Source of the DNA: an uncultured Opitutaceae bacterium
GTDB lineage: Bacteria; Verrucomicrobiota; Verrucomicrobiia; Opitutales; Opitutaceae
Assembly: GCA_903885525.1 (NCBI GenBank)
Contig: CAISJA010000295.1
Location: 1 to 35,214 of the forward strand
Direction: 5' to 3'
Length of the DNA: 35,214 bases
Below the pieces are notes generated by a model, which worked only from the letters and a program-made list of their open reading frames with translations, was not told the origin of the DNA and ran no database searches. The translations under genes were made by a program, and so were the position numbers. Of the stretch, positions 27,901-35,214 are shown in pieces (the first letter of the stretch is position 1; each line of letters opens with the position of its first letter).

Positions 27901-28168
27901 CGGCGCCGGGCAGCGACTGCGACTCGATGTGCTCGATGTCGTTGACGGTGGTCGTCATCGCCCGCTCGCTCAGCATCACGATGCGCTTCTCCATGTCTTC
28001 GGGGGAAAGCCCGTTGTAGACCCATAGGACGGTCACGACCGGAATGTCGATCGAGGGGAAGATGTCCTTGGCCATCCGCAGCACAGACAGGGCGCCGAGG
28101 ATCAGGATGAACAGGGCCATCACGGTAAACGTGTACGGACGGCGGAGGGCGAGGCGGACGATCCACAT
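24944..28168 (-). CDS. RND efflux permease (AcrB/CzcA family), about 1074 aa
   Basis: True start MWIVRLALRRPYTF at 28168; the track's 1826-aa ORF is over-extended. DIFPSIDIP, GILVDDATV and RLRPVLMTALAMIIGMLP motifs. Confidence 0.95.
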   Translation of the reverse strand: MWIVRLALRRPYTFTVMALFILILGALSVLRMAKDIFPSIDIPVVTVLWVYNGLSPEDMEKRIVMLSERAMTTTVNDIEHIESQSLPGAGVIKVFFQPRTSVDAAVAQVTAINQTILRVLPTGATPPLVIRFSASNVPILQLGLGSKTLSEQALYDIGLNFLRSQLATVQGASVPLPSGGKVRQIQVDLDPRALQANGLTPTDVANAINLQNLTLPSGTAKIGDREYAVMVNSSPDLVKGLNDLPVKVVNGTTLFVRDVAQVRDGSAPQTNIVRQNGTRGALLPILKSGAASTLDIISRIKGVLPRIASTLPKELELHPQFDQSIFVRAALNGVIKEALIATFLTSAMILLFLGTWRNTLVVALSIPLSIFCSLIILNLCGQTINAMTLGGLALAVGILVDDATVTIENIDRNLGLKKPLIQAILDGAEQIAVPAFVSTLCICIVFVPIFLLEGTAKFLFGPLALAVIFAMLASYFLSRTVVPTFVHYLLHGQPVFHDREDGPADPHAPRGDLFWRIHVRFHVHFTRLRRAYTGALDWCLGHRRTVMLAAAGVVLATCLLLPFLGRDFFPLVDAGQFRLHVRGPAGLRLEETEHVFTQVDTVIREVIPAEELVAILDNIGLPAGGTALAFSDSVTIGSADGEILVSLNPEKHASTWAYVRRIRARLNHDFPDYVFFTQPSDIVGQILNFGLPAPIDVQIAGRDRAANYALAQELSSRISRIRGAVDVHVHQIVNAPSLLVNVDRARAEQLGLTQRDVAGNLLIALSGSGQSAPNFWLNPQNGVQYLIATQTPQFRLDSIEALQGTPIGVSARTNTPEILGNVATVQRTVTSAVVSHYDIQPVFDVYANVDQRDLGSVAAEVRQLIKEYEPRLSRGSFIKLRGQVQSMDASFAGLGYGVLFAILLVYLLMVVNFQSWLDPFIIIMALPGALCGIIWALLLTRTTLSVPSLMGAIMSVGVATANSILLVTFANDQRKEGKDARAAALAAGHTRLRPVLMTALAMIIGMLPMSLGWGEGGEQNAPLGRAVIGGLLVATVATLFLVPAVYATLRRQAAHRPEETILEELHDAHLPDNN

Positions 28169-28381
28169 AGGTAGGTTGAGGGCGGGAAACCGTGCACAGT
28201 GACGACTTATCCGGAATCGTCCAACGGGTTCTGCGGCCTCCGGCCGGAAATATCCTTGCGTTGTTCTGCCTTGCCCCCGGTCCATCCCCCGGCGTTTCCT
28301 CCCGCCGCCGCTACGGGCCTTGACCCGCCCCGCCGGTTGCCCTTCCTTGATCCGCGCCGCCCGGGCTCCCGCAACAACCTC

Positions 28382-28771
28382 ATGGCCTCCATCCTCCTCA
28401 TCGACGACGACGACGAACTGCGCACCATCGTGGCGATGATGCTGGTCTCGGCCGGGCATGTGGTGCGTGAGGCGGCCGACGGCAGCGCGGGGCTCCGGCT
28501 CTACCGGCAAAACCCGGCGGAGATCATCATCACCGACCTTGTCATGCCGGAAAAGGAGGGGCTGGCGGTCATCATCGAGCTGCGCAAGATCAACCCCCAG
28601 GTCCGCATCATCGCGATTTCCGGCGGCTTTGCCTTCGACTCGAAACTCTACCTTAGTATGGCCCGGAAGCTCGGCGCCGACCAGGTGCTGCGCAAGCCCT
28701 TCCGGCCCGAGGAGCTGAAGGCGGCCATCGAGGCCCTGCTCCTGCCACCCCCGCCGCCGGCCCCGGCCTGA
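28382..28771 (+). CDS. Single-domain response regulator (CheY-like receiver)
   Basis: MASILLIDDDDELR, IITDLVMPEKEG, IIAISGG and LRKPF motifs. Confidence 0.92.
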   Translation: MASILLIDDDDELRTIVAMMLVSAGHVVREAADGSAGLRLYRQNPAEIIITDLVMPEKEGLAVIIELRKINPQVRIIAISGGFAFDSKLYLSMARKLGADQVLRKPFRPEELKAAIEALLLPPPPPAPA

Positions 28772-28795
28772 GCTGCCGCGCGAGCCGATCCTGTC

Positions 28796-29935
28796 ATGCC
28801 CCCCGCTCCGGACGCTCCCGACCCCATGCCCCGGCTGGCGGCAGAATCCTCCGCTCCCGCCTCCCGCGCCGCCCAGGCCTCCCCGGCCGGACCGCCGGCC
28901 CCGGAGCGCGGCCCCGTCCCCGTCTGCCAAAACTGCGGCGCGCCGTTGCATGGCGCCTACTGCCACCGCTGCGGCCAGCACGATTTTGATTTTCACCGCT
29001 CCTTCTGGCATGTCCTGCTGGAGGCGCTGGAAAGTGTTTTTCATTTCGACGAAAAATTCTTCCGCAACCTCGCCTCCCTCCTGTTCCGGCCGGGCCGGCT
29101 CACGGCTGATTTCAACGCCGGCCGGCGCGCCTCGCAGGTGCCGCCGTTCCGCCTCTACATCTTCGTCAGCTTTCTCTACTTCCTGTTCGCCTTCCTGCAT
29201 CCCGACCGCAAGGCGGAGCTGCACGAACAGGTCCGCGCCCTGCCCGAAAAGATCGCCACCGCCCACCAAGCCGTCACCGGGCAGGCGCCGACCCTGGCTG
29301 GCCCCGCGGCCAAGGAGCAGCGCAACGCCACGGCGGAAACGCTCCGCCAGCCCGGCCCCTCCGCCGATCCAGCCCCGGCCACCTCCACGGCCCCGGCCGT
29401 TCCGGCCGAAGCCGACCCGCCGGCCGCCGCCGCAGACGACCCGGCATCCCTCACCCTTGACCTCGGCCCGCTCAACGGCACCTGGCTCGGACAGCTCATC
29501 ACCGTCAAGCTCCGGCAGGCGCTCGCGCAACAGCACGAGACGCTGGAGGCGATCCTGCACGCGGTGCCGAAGCTGCTGTTGCTCTGCCTGCCCCTCTTCG
29601 CCCTCTACACCCGGCTGCTTTTCCGCGGCGGCGGGTCCTATTTCCTCCAGCACCTCGTCGGCTCGGTGCATGTTCACACCTTCTATTTTCTCTGGCGCCT
29701 GCTCAGCCGCGGGCTGGTCTTCCTTACCGGCCTGGCCAGCCTCCGCGCCGCCGGGTGGGTGGACACGGCCGCGGAGCTTTGGCTGCTGCTCTACCCCGTC
29801 CTCATGCTGCGCCGGCTGTATCAGGAAACCTGGGGCCGCACCCTGTGGAAAAGCGCCGCCCTTTCCTGCCTCTACGGCCTGACCCTGCTGCTCGCTTTTT
29901 TCGCCACCTCGCTTGTCGTCATACTGCTGCGGTGA
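28796..29935 (+). CDS. DUF3667 domain membrane protein
   Basis: CQNCGAPLHGAYCHRCGQ zinc ribbon, 'LLFRPGRLTADFNAGRR...PPFRLYIFVSFLYF', C-terminal TM helices. Start 28796 or 28826. Confidence 0.85.
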   Translation: MPPAPDAPDPMPRLAAESSAPASRAAQASPAGPPAPERGPVPVCQNCGAPLHGAYCHRCGQHDFDFHRSFWHVLLEALESVFHFDEKFFRNLASLLFRPGRLTADFNAGRRASQVPPFRLYIFVSFLYFLFAFLHPDRKAELHEQVRALPEKIATAHQAVTGQAPTLAGPAAKEQRNATAETLRQPGPSADPAPATSTAPAVPAEADPPAAAADDPASLTLDLGPLNGTWLGQLITVKLRQALAQQHETLEAILHAVPKLLLLCLPLFALYTRLLFRGGGSYFLQHLVGSVHVHTFYFLWRLLSRGLVFLTGLASLRAAGWVDTAAELWLLLYPVLMLRRLYQETWGRTLWKSAALSCLYGLTLLLAFFATSLVVILLR

Positions 29936-30119
29936 GCCCCCGCCCGCCGGGCGCCGGGCGCTTTGTTTCCAGCCCGGCTCGTCCGGCCGAGCGCGCGCGA
30001 CCACCGCGTGGAAACCGGAGCCAGCTTGTCGACGTTTCCTGACATAAACGGCGCATCCGCCCCTTGTCCTTTGTCTCCGGCCGAGGAGCGGACAGAAACG
30101 TCGGGGTCGGAAAAAACTT

Positions 30120-30779
30120 ATGGGAACGCCAGATTTCTCCGTGCTGCACATCGAGGACGATCCCCTGTGGGCCAGCCTGGTTGCCTCCAATCTGCGGGGC
30201 GCGCCGGGGATCAGGGCCTGCTGGCAGGCCGCCACCGCCGCCGAGGGGCTGGCCCTGGCCCGGCAGCACCAGCCGGACCTCGTCGTGCTGGATCTCAATC
30301 TGCCCGATGCCCGTGGGACCGACCTGGCCAGCGATCTGATCCTGCAGTTGCACCCGCCCCGCATCTTGCTGCTCACGGTGCGGCACGACGCGCTGACCCT
30401 GCATCTGGCCGGGCAGACCTCCATCTCCGGCTTGCTCTGGAAGGAGTCCCACCTCCCGGCACTCCTCCCGGCGGTGCGGGCGGTGGCGGCCGGGCAACAC
30501 TATTTCCCCTCCGAGGTGCAGTCGGCGATGCGGGAGCTGCGGTAGTCTCCGCACGCTTTCTACAAGATACTCACCTCCCGCGAGCTGGAGTTGATCCCGT
30601 ATTTCGGCCGTGGATTCACCGACGCGGAGATCGCCACGCTGTTTGGATTCACCGAACACGCCGCCCGCTCGCACCGGCAGCGCATCATGCAGAAGCTCGG
30701 CCTGCACCGCAGCATCGACCTGATGCAGTGGGCCATCCGCATGGGCCTGGCCGTGATCCCTCCCGCCTCCCGCCATTAG
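30120..30779 (+). pseudogene. NarL/LuxR-family response regulator interrupted by an in-frame TAG at 30543-30545
   Basis: Receiver (HIEDD, VLDLNLPD) continues in frame past the TAG into SPHAFYKILTSRELELIPYFGRGFTDAEIA...HRQRIMQKLGL, a LuxR HTH. Confidence 0.85.
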
Positions 30780-30908
30780 AAAGCGCCCCGTTTGAAAATC
30801 CAGACGCCGCTCAGGTGGATTTTCCCCGGGTCAAGTTTTTCTTTGCGTGAAATTTCATGCTCCAAACGGCTTCAGCCGCGAGAGCACCCCGGCATCGTCG
30901 CGTCTCGC

Positions 30909-32117
30909 ATGCCCAGCACGTCCCAGTTGCTTCCAGCCCATTTGGCGGAGGATACCTTGGAGAGCCTCTTTGCCGCCCACGGCCCGCAACGCCCTTGGGT
31001 GTATTGGCTGGTGCTGTGGGGGACACTCAGCGGGCTGGCGGCGCTCCCTCTGGTCAAGGTGGATCTGTCGGTGCGGGCTGCCGGGCTGGTCCGCCCGGCC
31101 ACCGAGCGGGTCGAGTTGCGGGCCGCCTATGCGGGCCGCGTCGCCCAGGTGCTCGCCCATGAGAACGACCGCGTCCGCGCCGGGCAGCCGCTCCTCGTCA
31201 TCAGTTCCCGCGACCTGGAAGAACGGCTGGCCCGCAACCACCTGTCGCAGCAGGAAAAGGCGGAGAGCATCGCCGACCTGAACAAGCTCACGGTCGATTC
31301 CTACAGCCTCGGTGAGGGGGCGCTCCCGCACCTCGCCGGGCTGGCCACTGCGCCGCTCCGCCAGGATCTGGCCCAGTTCCTGACCCAGCTTGACTCCTAT
31401 CGTTTGGCGGCCTCGAAAGCCGCCAACGAGCTGACCCGCTACACCACCCTGTGCGCCAAGGGCATCGCCACCACCCAGGAGCTGGACAACGCCCGCTATG
31501 AAGCCGAGCGGCTGAAAAAGGAATCGCAGCTCCTCATCGATCAAACCCTCTCCCGCTGGCAGACCCGCCTCCACGACGAGCAGACGGCCCGGGCGGATCT
31601 GGCCTCGGAGGAAAAACGCCTGCTGGAGGAGATGACGCAATACACCCTCCGCGCCCCGATGGACGGCGTCCTGGTGGGCTTCACCGGCGCCAGCGCGGGA
31701 GGCTACGCCCCCATGGGGCAGTCCTTCGGGGCCGTCTCGCCCGAGGACACCCTCCAGATCGAAACCTATGTCTCCGCCAAGGATGTCGGCTTGGTAAAAG
31801 TTCACCAGCCGGTGCGGCTGCAGATCGACGCCTACTCCTACACCCAGTGGGGGACGCTCGATGGCACGGTCGAGAGCATCTCCGGCGACATGTTCGGCGC
31901 CGGTGGCACCGCGCCGGCTGGAGCCGTGAGCGGCGTCTTGTTCAAGGTCGTCATCAAGCCCCTCCGCACGACCTTGCGGCTGTCCAATGGCGTGCAGGGC
32001 GAACTCCGCAAGGGGATGACGCTCAATGCGCGTTTTCTCGTCGCCCGCCGCAGCCTGCTGCAAGTCCTCTACGAGGATGTCAGTGCCTGGCTCGATCCCC
32101 GGGCCAACCCTGCCTGA
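30909..32117 (+). CDS. HlyD-family secretion adaptor (bacteriocin/T1SS accessory)
   Basis: N-terminal TM, ENDRVRAGQPLL, coiled coil, LRAPMDG, RLQIDAYSYTQWGTLDGTVESIS and LRKGMTLNARF motifs. Start MPSTS at 30909. Confidence 0.9.
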   Translation: MPSTSQLLPAHLAEDTLESLFAAHGPQRPWVYWLVLWGTLSGLAALPLVKVDLSVRAAGLVRPATERVELRAAYAGRVAQVLAHENDRVRAGQPLLVISSRDLEERLARNHLSQQEKAESIADLNKLTVDSYSLGEGALPHLAGLATAPLRQDLAQFLTQLDSYRLAASKAANELTRYTTLCAKGIATTQELDNARYEAERLKKESQLLIDQTLSRWQTRLHDEQTARADLASEEKRLLEEMTQYTLRAPMDGVLVGFTGASAGGYAPMGQSFGAVSPEDTLQIETYVSAKDVGLVKVHQPVRLQIDAYSYTQWGTLDGTVESISGDMFGAGGTAPAGAVSGVLFKVVIKPLRTTLRLSNGVQGELRKGMTLNARFLVARRSLLQVLYEDVSAWLDPRANPA

Positions 32118-32120
32118 GCC

Positions 32121-34252
32121 ATGCCGAACTTTCGCCAACGCGATGTCACGGACTGCGGGGCCGCCTGCCTGGCCTATGTTTTCCACCACTACCGGCTGGA
32201 GGTTTCGCTGGCCTTGCTCCGCCGCAAAATCGGCACCAACCAGCAGGGCAGCACGGCGCTCGGGCTGGTGGAGGGGCCAGAGCCTTTGGTTTTACCGCCA
32301 AAGGGGTGAAATGTCCGTTTGAGAGTTTGGGAAAACTCGAACTTCCTGCCATCGCGCATATCCGGCAAAGCAACCGGGCGCAGCATTATGTGGTCGTGGT
32401 GCGACTCGGCAAAAAATCTCTCCGCGTCATGGACCCGGCCTTGGGCAGGGTAGAAAAATGGCCGCTCGACAAGTTTCGGGGGGAATGGACCGGTGTGCTG
32501 GTGTTATTGGCTCCAGGTCTGGAGTTCCAACCGGGCAGCCGGACCAAGTCCGCGTTCAGCCGGGTGTGTGAACTGTTGATTCCCCAACGGGGCGTCCTCC
32601 TCCAGGCCTTCATCGGGGCGGTGCTGGCCACGGTGCTTTCCCTCTCCACCTCGATCTACGTCCAGAAAATCGTGGACAACGTGATTGTGGACGGGAACCG
32701 CAACCTGCTGACGCTTCTGGGCGTATCCATGCTGGTGGTGCTGGTGTTCCGGCTGGTGCTCGGCTGGTTCCAGTCGCGGCTCATGTTGCGGACGGCCCAG
32801 CAGATCGACTCCGCTATCATTCTGGGGTATTACCGTCACCTGCTGAGGCTGCCTCAGCCCTTTTTCGACACCATGCGGGTCGGCGAGATCATCTCGCGGG
32901 TGTCGGATGCGGTGAAAATCCGCAATTTCCTCAACGGCACTTTCCTCAGCCTGCTGCTTCAGCCGCTGATCCTGGTCTTCGCCCTCGCGGCGATGTTTTT
33001 CTACTCCTGGAAACTGGCCCTGCTCTCCCTGGCCCTGCTGCCGCTGAACCTGCTGGTCTATTTTGCCGCGGACTGGTTGAACAAGAAATATCAGCGGCTG
33101 ATGATGGAGCGCGGGGCGGATTTCGACGCCCAGTTGGTCGAGTCCCTGAATGCCCAGCCGGTCATCCGGGCCTTTCGCCTGGAGGGGCACATGGGATTGC
33201 GCACCGAGTCCCGGCTCGTGCGGCTGCTCCGCCCGGTCTGGGATGCCGCCAACAGCGGGTTGCTGGTGGGCTCCCTCGCCAGCTTCATCACCCAGGCCTA
33301 CATGGTGGGCTTGCTCTGGATCGGTGCCTCGCAGGTGCTGCAAGCCAGCCTGACCGCCGGCGAGCTGATGTCGTGCTACACCCTGGCCGGCTACCTCACC
33401 GGCCCGATCACCTCGCCCATCGGGATGAACGCCGCCATCCGCGAGACCCTTATCGCCACCGAGCGCCTGTACGAAATCATTGATCTGGAGTGCGAGCAGG
33501 ACACCGGGACGGTGGAGCTCGCCCCTGAAACGCTGGGCGACATTCGCCTTGAAGGCGTCACCTTCAAATACCCCGGCCGGCTGCCGGTGCTGCAGAACCT
33601 GACGCTGACGATTCCCGCCGCCAAAATCACGGCCCTGGTCGGCGAGTCTGGCTGCGGCAAGAGCACGCTGCTCGCGCTGCTGCGGAGGCTGTACGTCCCC
33701 GACGCGGGCAAGATATTCATCGGCGAAACGGATATCCAGTACGCCAGCCTCGCCTCCCTGCGGAAGAGGGTGGCCATCGTCCCCCAGCAGACCCAGCTGC
33801 TCTCCGGCACCGTGCTGGAAAATCTTGCCCCGGGGGAAATCCAGCCCGATCTGCCGCGCCTGCTCCGCGTCTGCCGCGAAGTCGGTATCCTCGAATTCAT
33901 CGAAACCCTCCCCCAGGGCTTCCAGACGCCGTTGACGGAGAACGGCAGCAACCTCTCGGGCGGCCAACGGCAACGCCTCGCCATCGCCCGAGCACTTTAT
34001 ACCGAGGCCCCGATCGTCCTGCTCGATGAGCCAAGCTCGTCGCTCGACATGCGGGCCGAGCACTCGCTCATGGAGTTGCTCCTCCGACTGGGGCAGCAAG
34101 GGCGGACGATTATTTTTAGTGCCCATACTGAATGGCTCTTCGAAGCCGCAGACCAAGTGGTTGAAATAGTTAATGGGCAGGCGCGCATGATGACAGAAGG
34201 AGTAGCTTTGGCGCGACAGTATGGGCCCCAAGACAAGGAGCCGCCGCATTAA
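32121..34252 (+). pseudogene. C39 peptidase-containing ABC transporter (PCAT) with a 1-nt frameshift at about 32274-32276
   Basis: MPNFRQRDVTDCGAACL (C39 Cys) lies in one frame. QHYVVV, VMDPA, the TMD, GESGCGKS, LSGGQRQR and LLDE lie in another. One base added in GAGGGGCC restores a 710-aa protein. Confidence 0.88.
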
Positions 34253-34415
34253 AAACAATTTTTGGCGCATCTGTTTGTGGCAGAATCTCTCATGCCGAGT
34301 GGTTCTGCAGTCCTCGCTTTCAGAAAATGATACAAAAATAAAAGCAACATGAATGCATGCCATATAAAATTTGCCTTTTCTGGCAATCCAGCCAGAACAA
34401 ACCAAGGATAAAACC

Positions 34416-34661
34416 ATGAATGAGTTATCAGAATATGATATGTCCAGAATATGTGGCGGAGATTGGGTAGATATAGCATCCGGTATCGTGGGTGTAGCAG
34501 TCGGTGTCGGCCTAGCCGCCACCGGCTTTGGGGCATTTGCCTCCGGAGCCGTGGGAGTCATTGCCGCAGACGCCACAAAAGACGTACTGAATGAAGTCCG
34601 CAATAGTCCGCCATATAGACCAGGAATGGATGATCGTTATCCTCCCATTATTACCAACTGA
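34416..34661 (+). CDS. Double-glycine-leader bacteriocin/microcin-like precursor (81 aa; 15-aa leader + 66-aa core)
   Basis: AAGGA RBS at 34404-34408. MNELSEYDMSRICGG|DWVDIASGIVGVAVGVGLAATGFGAFASGAVGVIAADATKDVLNEVRNSPPYRPGMDDRYPPIITN; adjacent to PCAT and HlyD. Confidence 0.85.
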   Translation: MNELSEYDMSRICGGDWVDIASGIVGVAVGVGLAATGFGAFASGAVGVIAADATKDVLNEVRNSPPYRPGMDDRYPPIITN

Positions 34662-34667
34662 AGCACA

Positions 34668-34704
34668 ACTGCAAAAGGCTGCTTCGTTCTCAGCCTTTTG
34701 CAGT
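34668..34704 (+). terminator. Perfect 14-bp stem-loop between the precursor and the next ORF
   Basis: ACTGCAAAAGGCTG-cttcgttct-CAGCCTTTTGCAGT followed by ATTATTTT. Confidence 0.7.
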
Positions 34705-34712
34705 ATTATTTT

Positions 34713-34916
34713 ATGTACACACCAAATTACAAAATAACAATCCCGTTATGTATAGTTTTAGTTATAGTGACATCAGTTCTAAAAGACTACGCGATATCGG
34801 CTGGCGTGATACCAGATATAAAATATCGCTATGCGTTCTTTTCCGTATTTATGATTTTTAGTTATGCGTTTCATCGGGCGATAAAACTCGGATCAATAAA
34901 ATTATTTAGAAAGTAG
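34713..34916 (+). CDS. Small 2-TM basic protein, candidate bacteriocin immunity protein (67 aa)
   Basis: MYTPNYKITIPLCIVLVIVTSVLKDYAISAGVIPDIKYRYAFFSVFMIFSYAFHRAIKLGSIKLFRK; AT-rich, directly downstream of the precursor. Confidence 0.55.
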   Translation: MYTPNYKITIPLCIVLVIVTSVLKDYAISAGVIPDIKYRYAFFSVFMIFSYAFHRAIKLGSIKLFRK

Positions 34917-35085
34917 ACGGGTCATTAGTGACGGTATGATCAGGGGTTGTAGGTACTACTATTAATATATTTCAGTCCCGTTCCGCAGGGAGTGAATATG
35001 ACGCTGCAACTGCTTGCATAGGGGTGGATAATAATTTAAACTATTGGTATACAGATAGATGGTACGCTTTCTGCTGATCGACGGC

Positions 35086-35214
35086 ATGAGTACAGATCAG
35101 CCCAGTTTTTCGATGAATCCGAGCGGCTTGCGGCGCTCTCGAAATTGCATGATCCTCTGGAGCAGTTGAGCCGCTATATAGATTTCGAGCAGTTTCGCGC
35201 TCAGTTGGACGAAG
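35086..35214 (+). mobile_element. IS5-family transposase, N-terminus (runs off window end)
   Basis: MSTDQPSFFDESERLAALSKLHDPLEQLSRYIDFEQFRAQLDE matches the 'Q.(G/S)FFD...RL..LS...DPL..L...IDF..FR' N-terminus of IS5-subgroup transposases. Confidence 0.75.

Noticed and set aside
24737-28027. Very long overlapping ORFs (e.g. 24737-28027 +, 9363-12302 +, 4091-6511 -, 32504-34603 -)
   Set aside because: Antisense or alternate-frame shadows of well-supported genes, expected at this GC content; no recognisable motifs.
28169-30424. Apparent 750-aa N-terminal extension of the RND permease (1826-aa ORF)
   Set aside because: It is the antisense of the receiver, DUF3667 and LuxR genes; the canonical RND start MWIVRLAL is at 28168.
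30543-30545. Pyrrolysine or genetic-code reassignment as the explanation for the TAG
   Set aside because: TAG ends other genes in the window normally (e.g. 7250-7252, 23755-23757) and no pyl genes are visible.
31847-32273. 801-aa ORF start for the ABC transporter
   Set aside because: This part overlaps hlyD out of frame; the real N-terminus (QRDVTDCGAAC) begins at 32121 in another frame.
34261-34280. Possible sigma54 promoter TTGGCGCATCTGTTTG upstream of the precursor
   Set aside because: No GC dinucleotide at the required -12 spacing.
1-35214. CRISPR arrays, rRNA, known riboswitches
   Set aside because: No regularly spaced repeats or recognisable consensus found by eye; an Rfam scan would be needed to exclude riboswitches.

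Overview
GC-rich bacterial chromosomal segment; the gene style suggests Verrucomicrobia/Opitutaceae, which is inference only. In order: 3' end of a sugar MFS transporter, SseA-type sulfurtransferase, a small hypothetical gene divergent from a long repeat-containing SPFH/flotillin protein, GH13 pullulanase, adenine deaminase, a tandem DUF3857/transglutaminase exported protein, a small coiled-coil ORF and a SWIM-SNF2 ATPase. Next is a tRNA-Ile2(CAU) gene split between U33 and C34 by a 217-nt Azoarcus-like (IC3) group I intron, followed by an eroded island remnant with a type I restriction HsdR fragment. Then come a PPi-dependent PEP carboxykinase, a small membrane sensor-like protein, an RND pump with its MFP, a single-domain response regulator and a DUF3667 protein. 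The window ends with a bacteriocin/microcin-type locus: a NarL/LuxR regulator with an in-frame TAG, HlyD, a C39 peptidase-ABC transporter with a 1-nt frameshift, a low-GC double-glycine precursor, a probable immunity gene and the start of an IS5-family transposase. The main highlights are the intron-split tRNA-Ile2 at an unusual insertion site and the apparently decaying microcin-like system.
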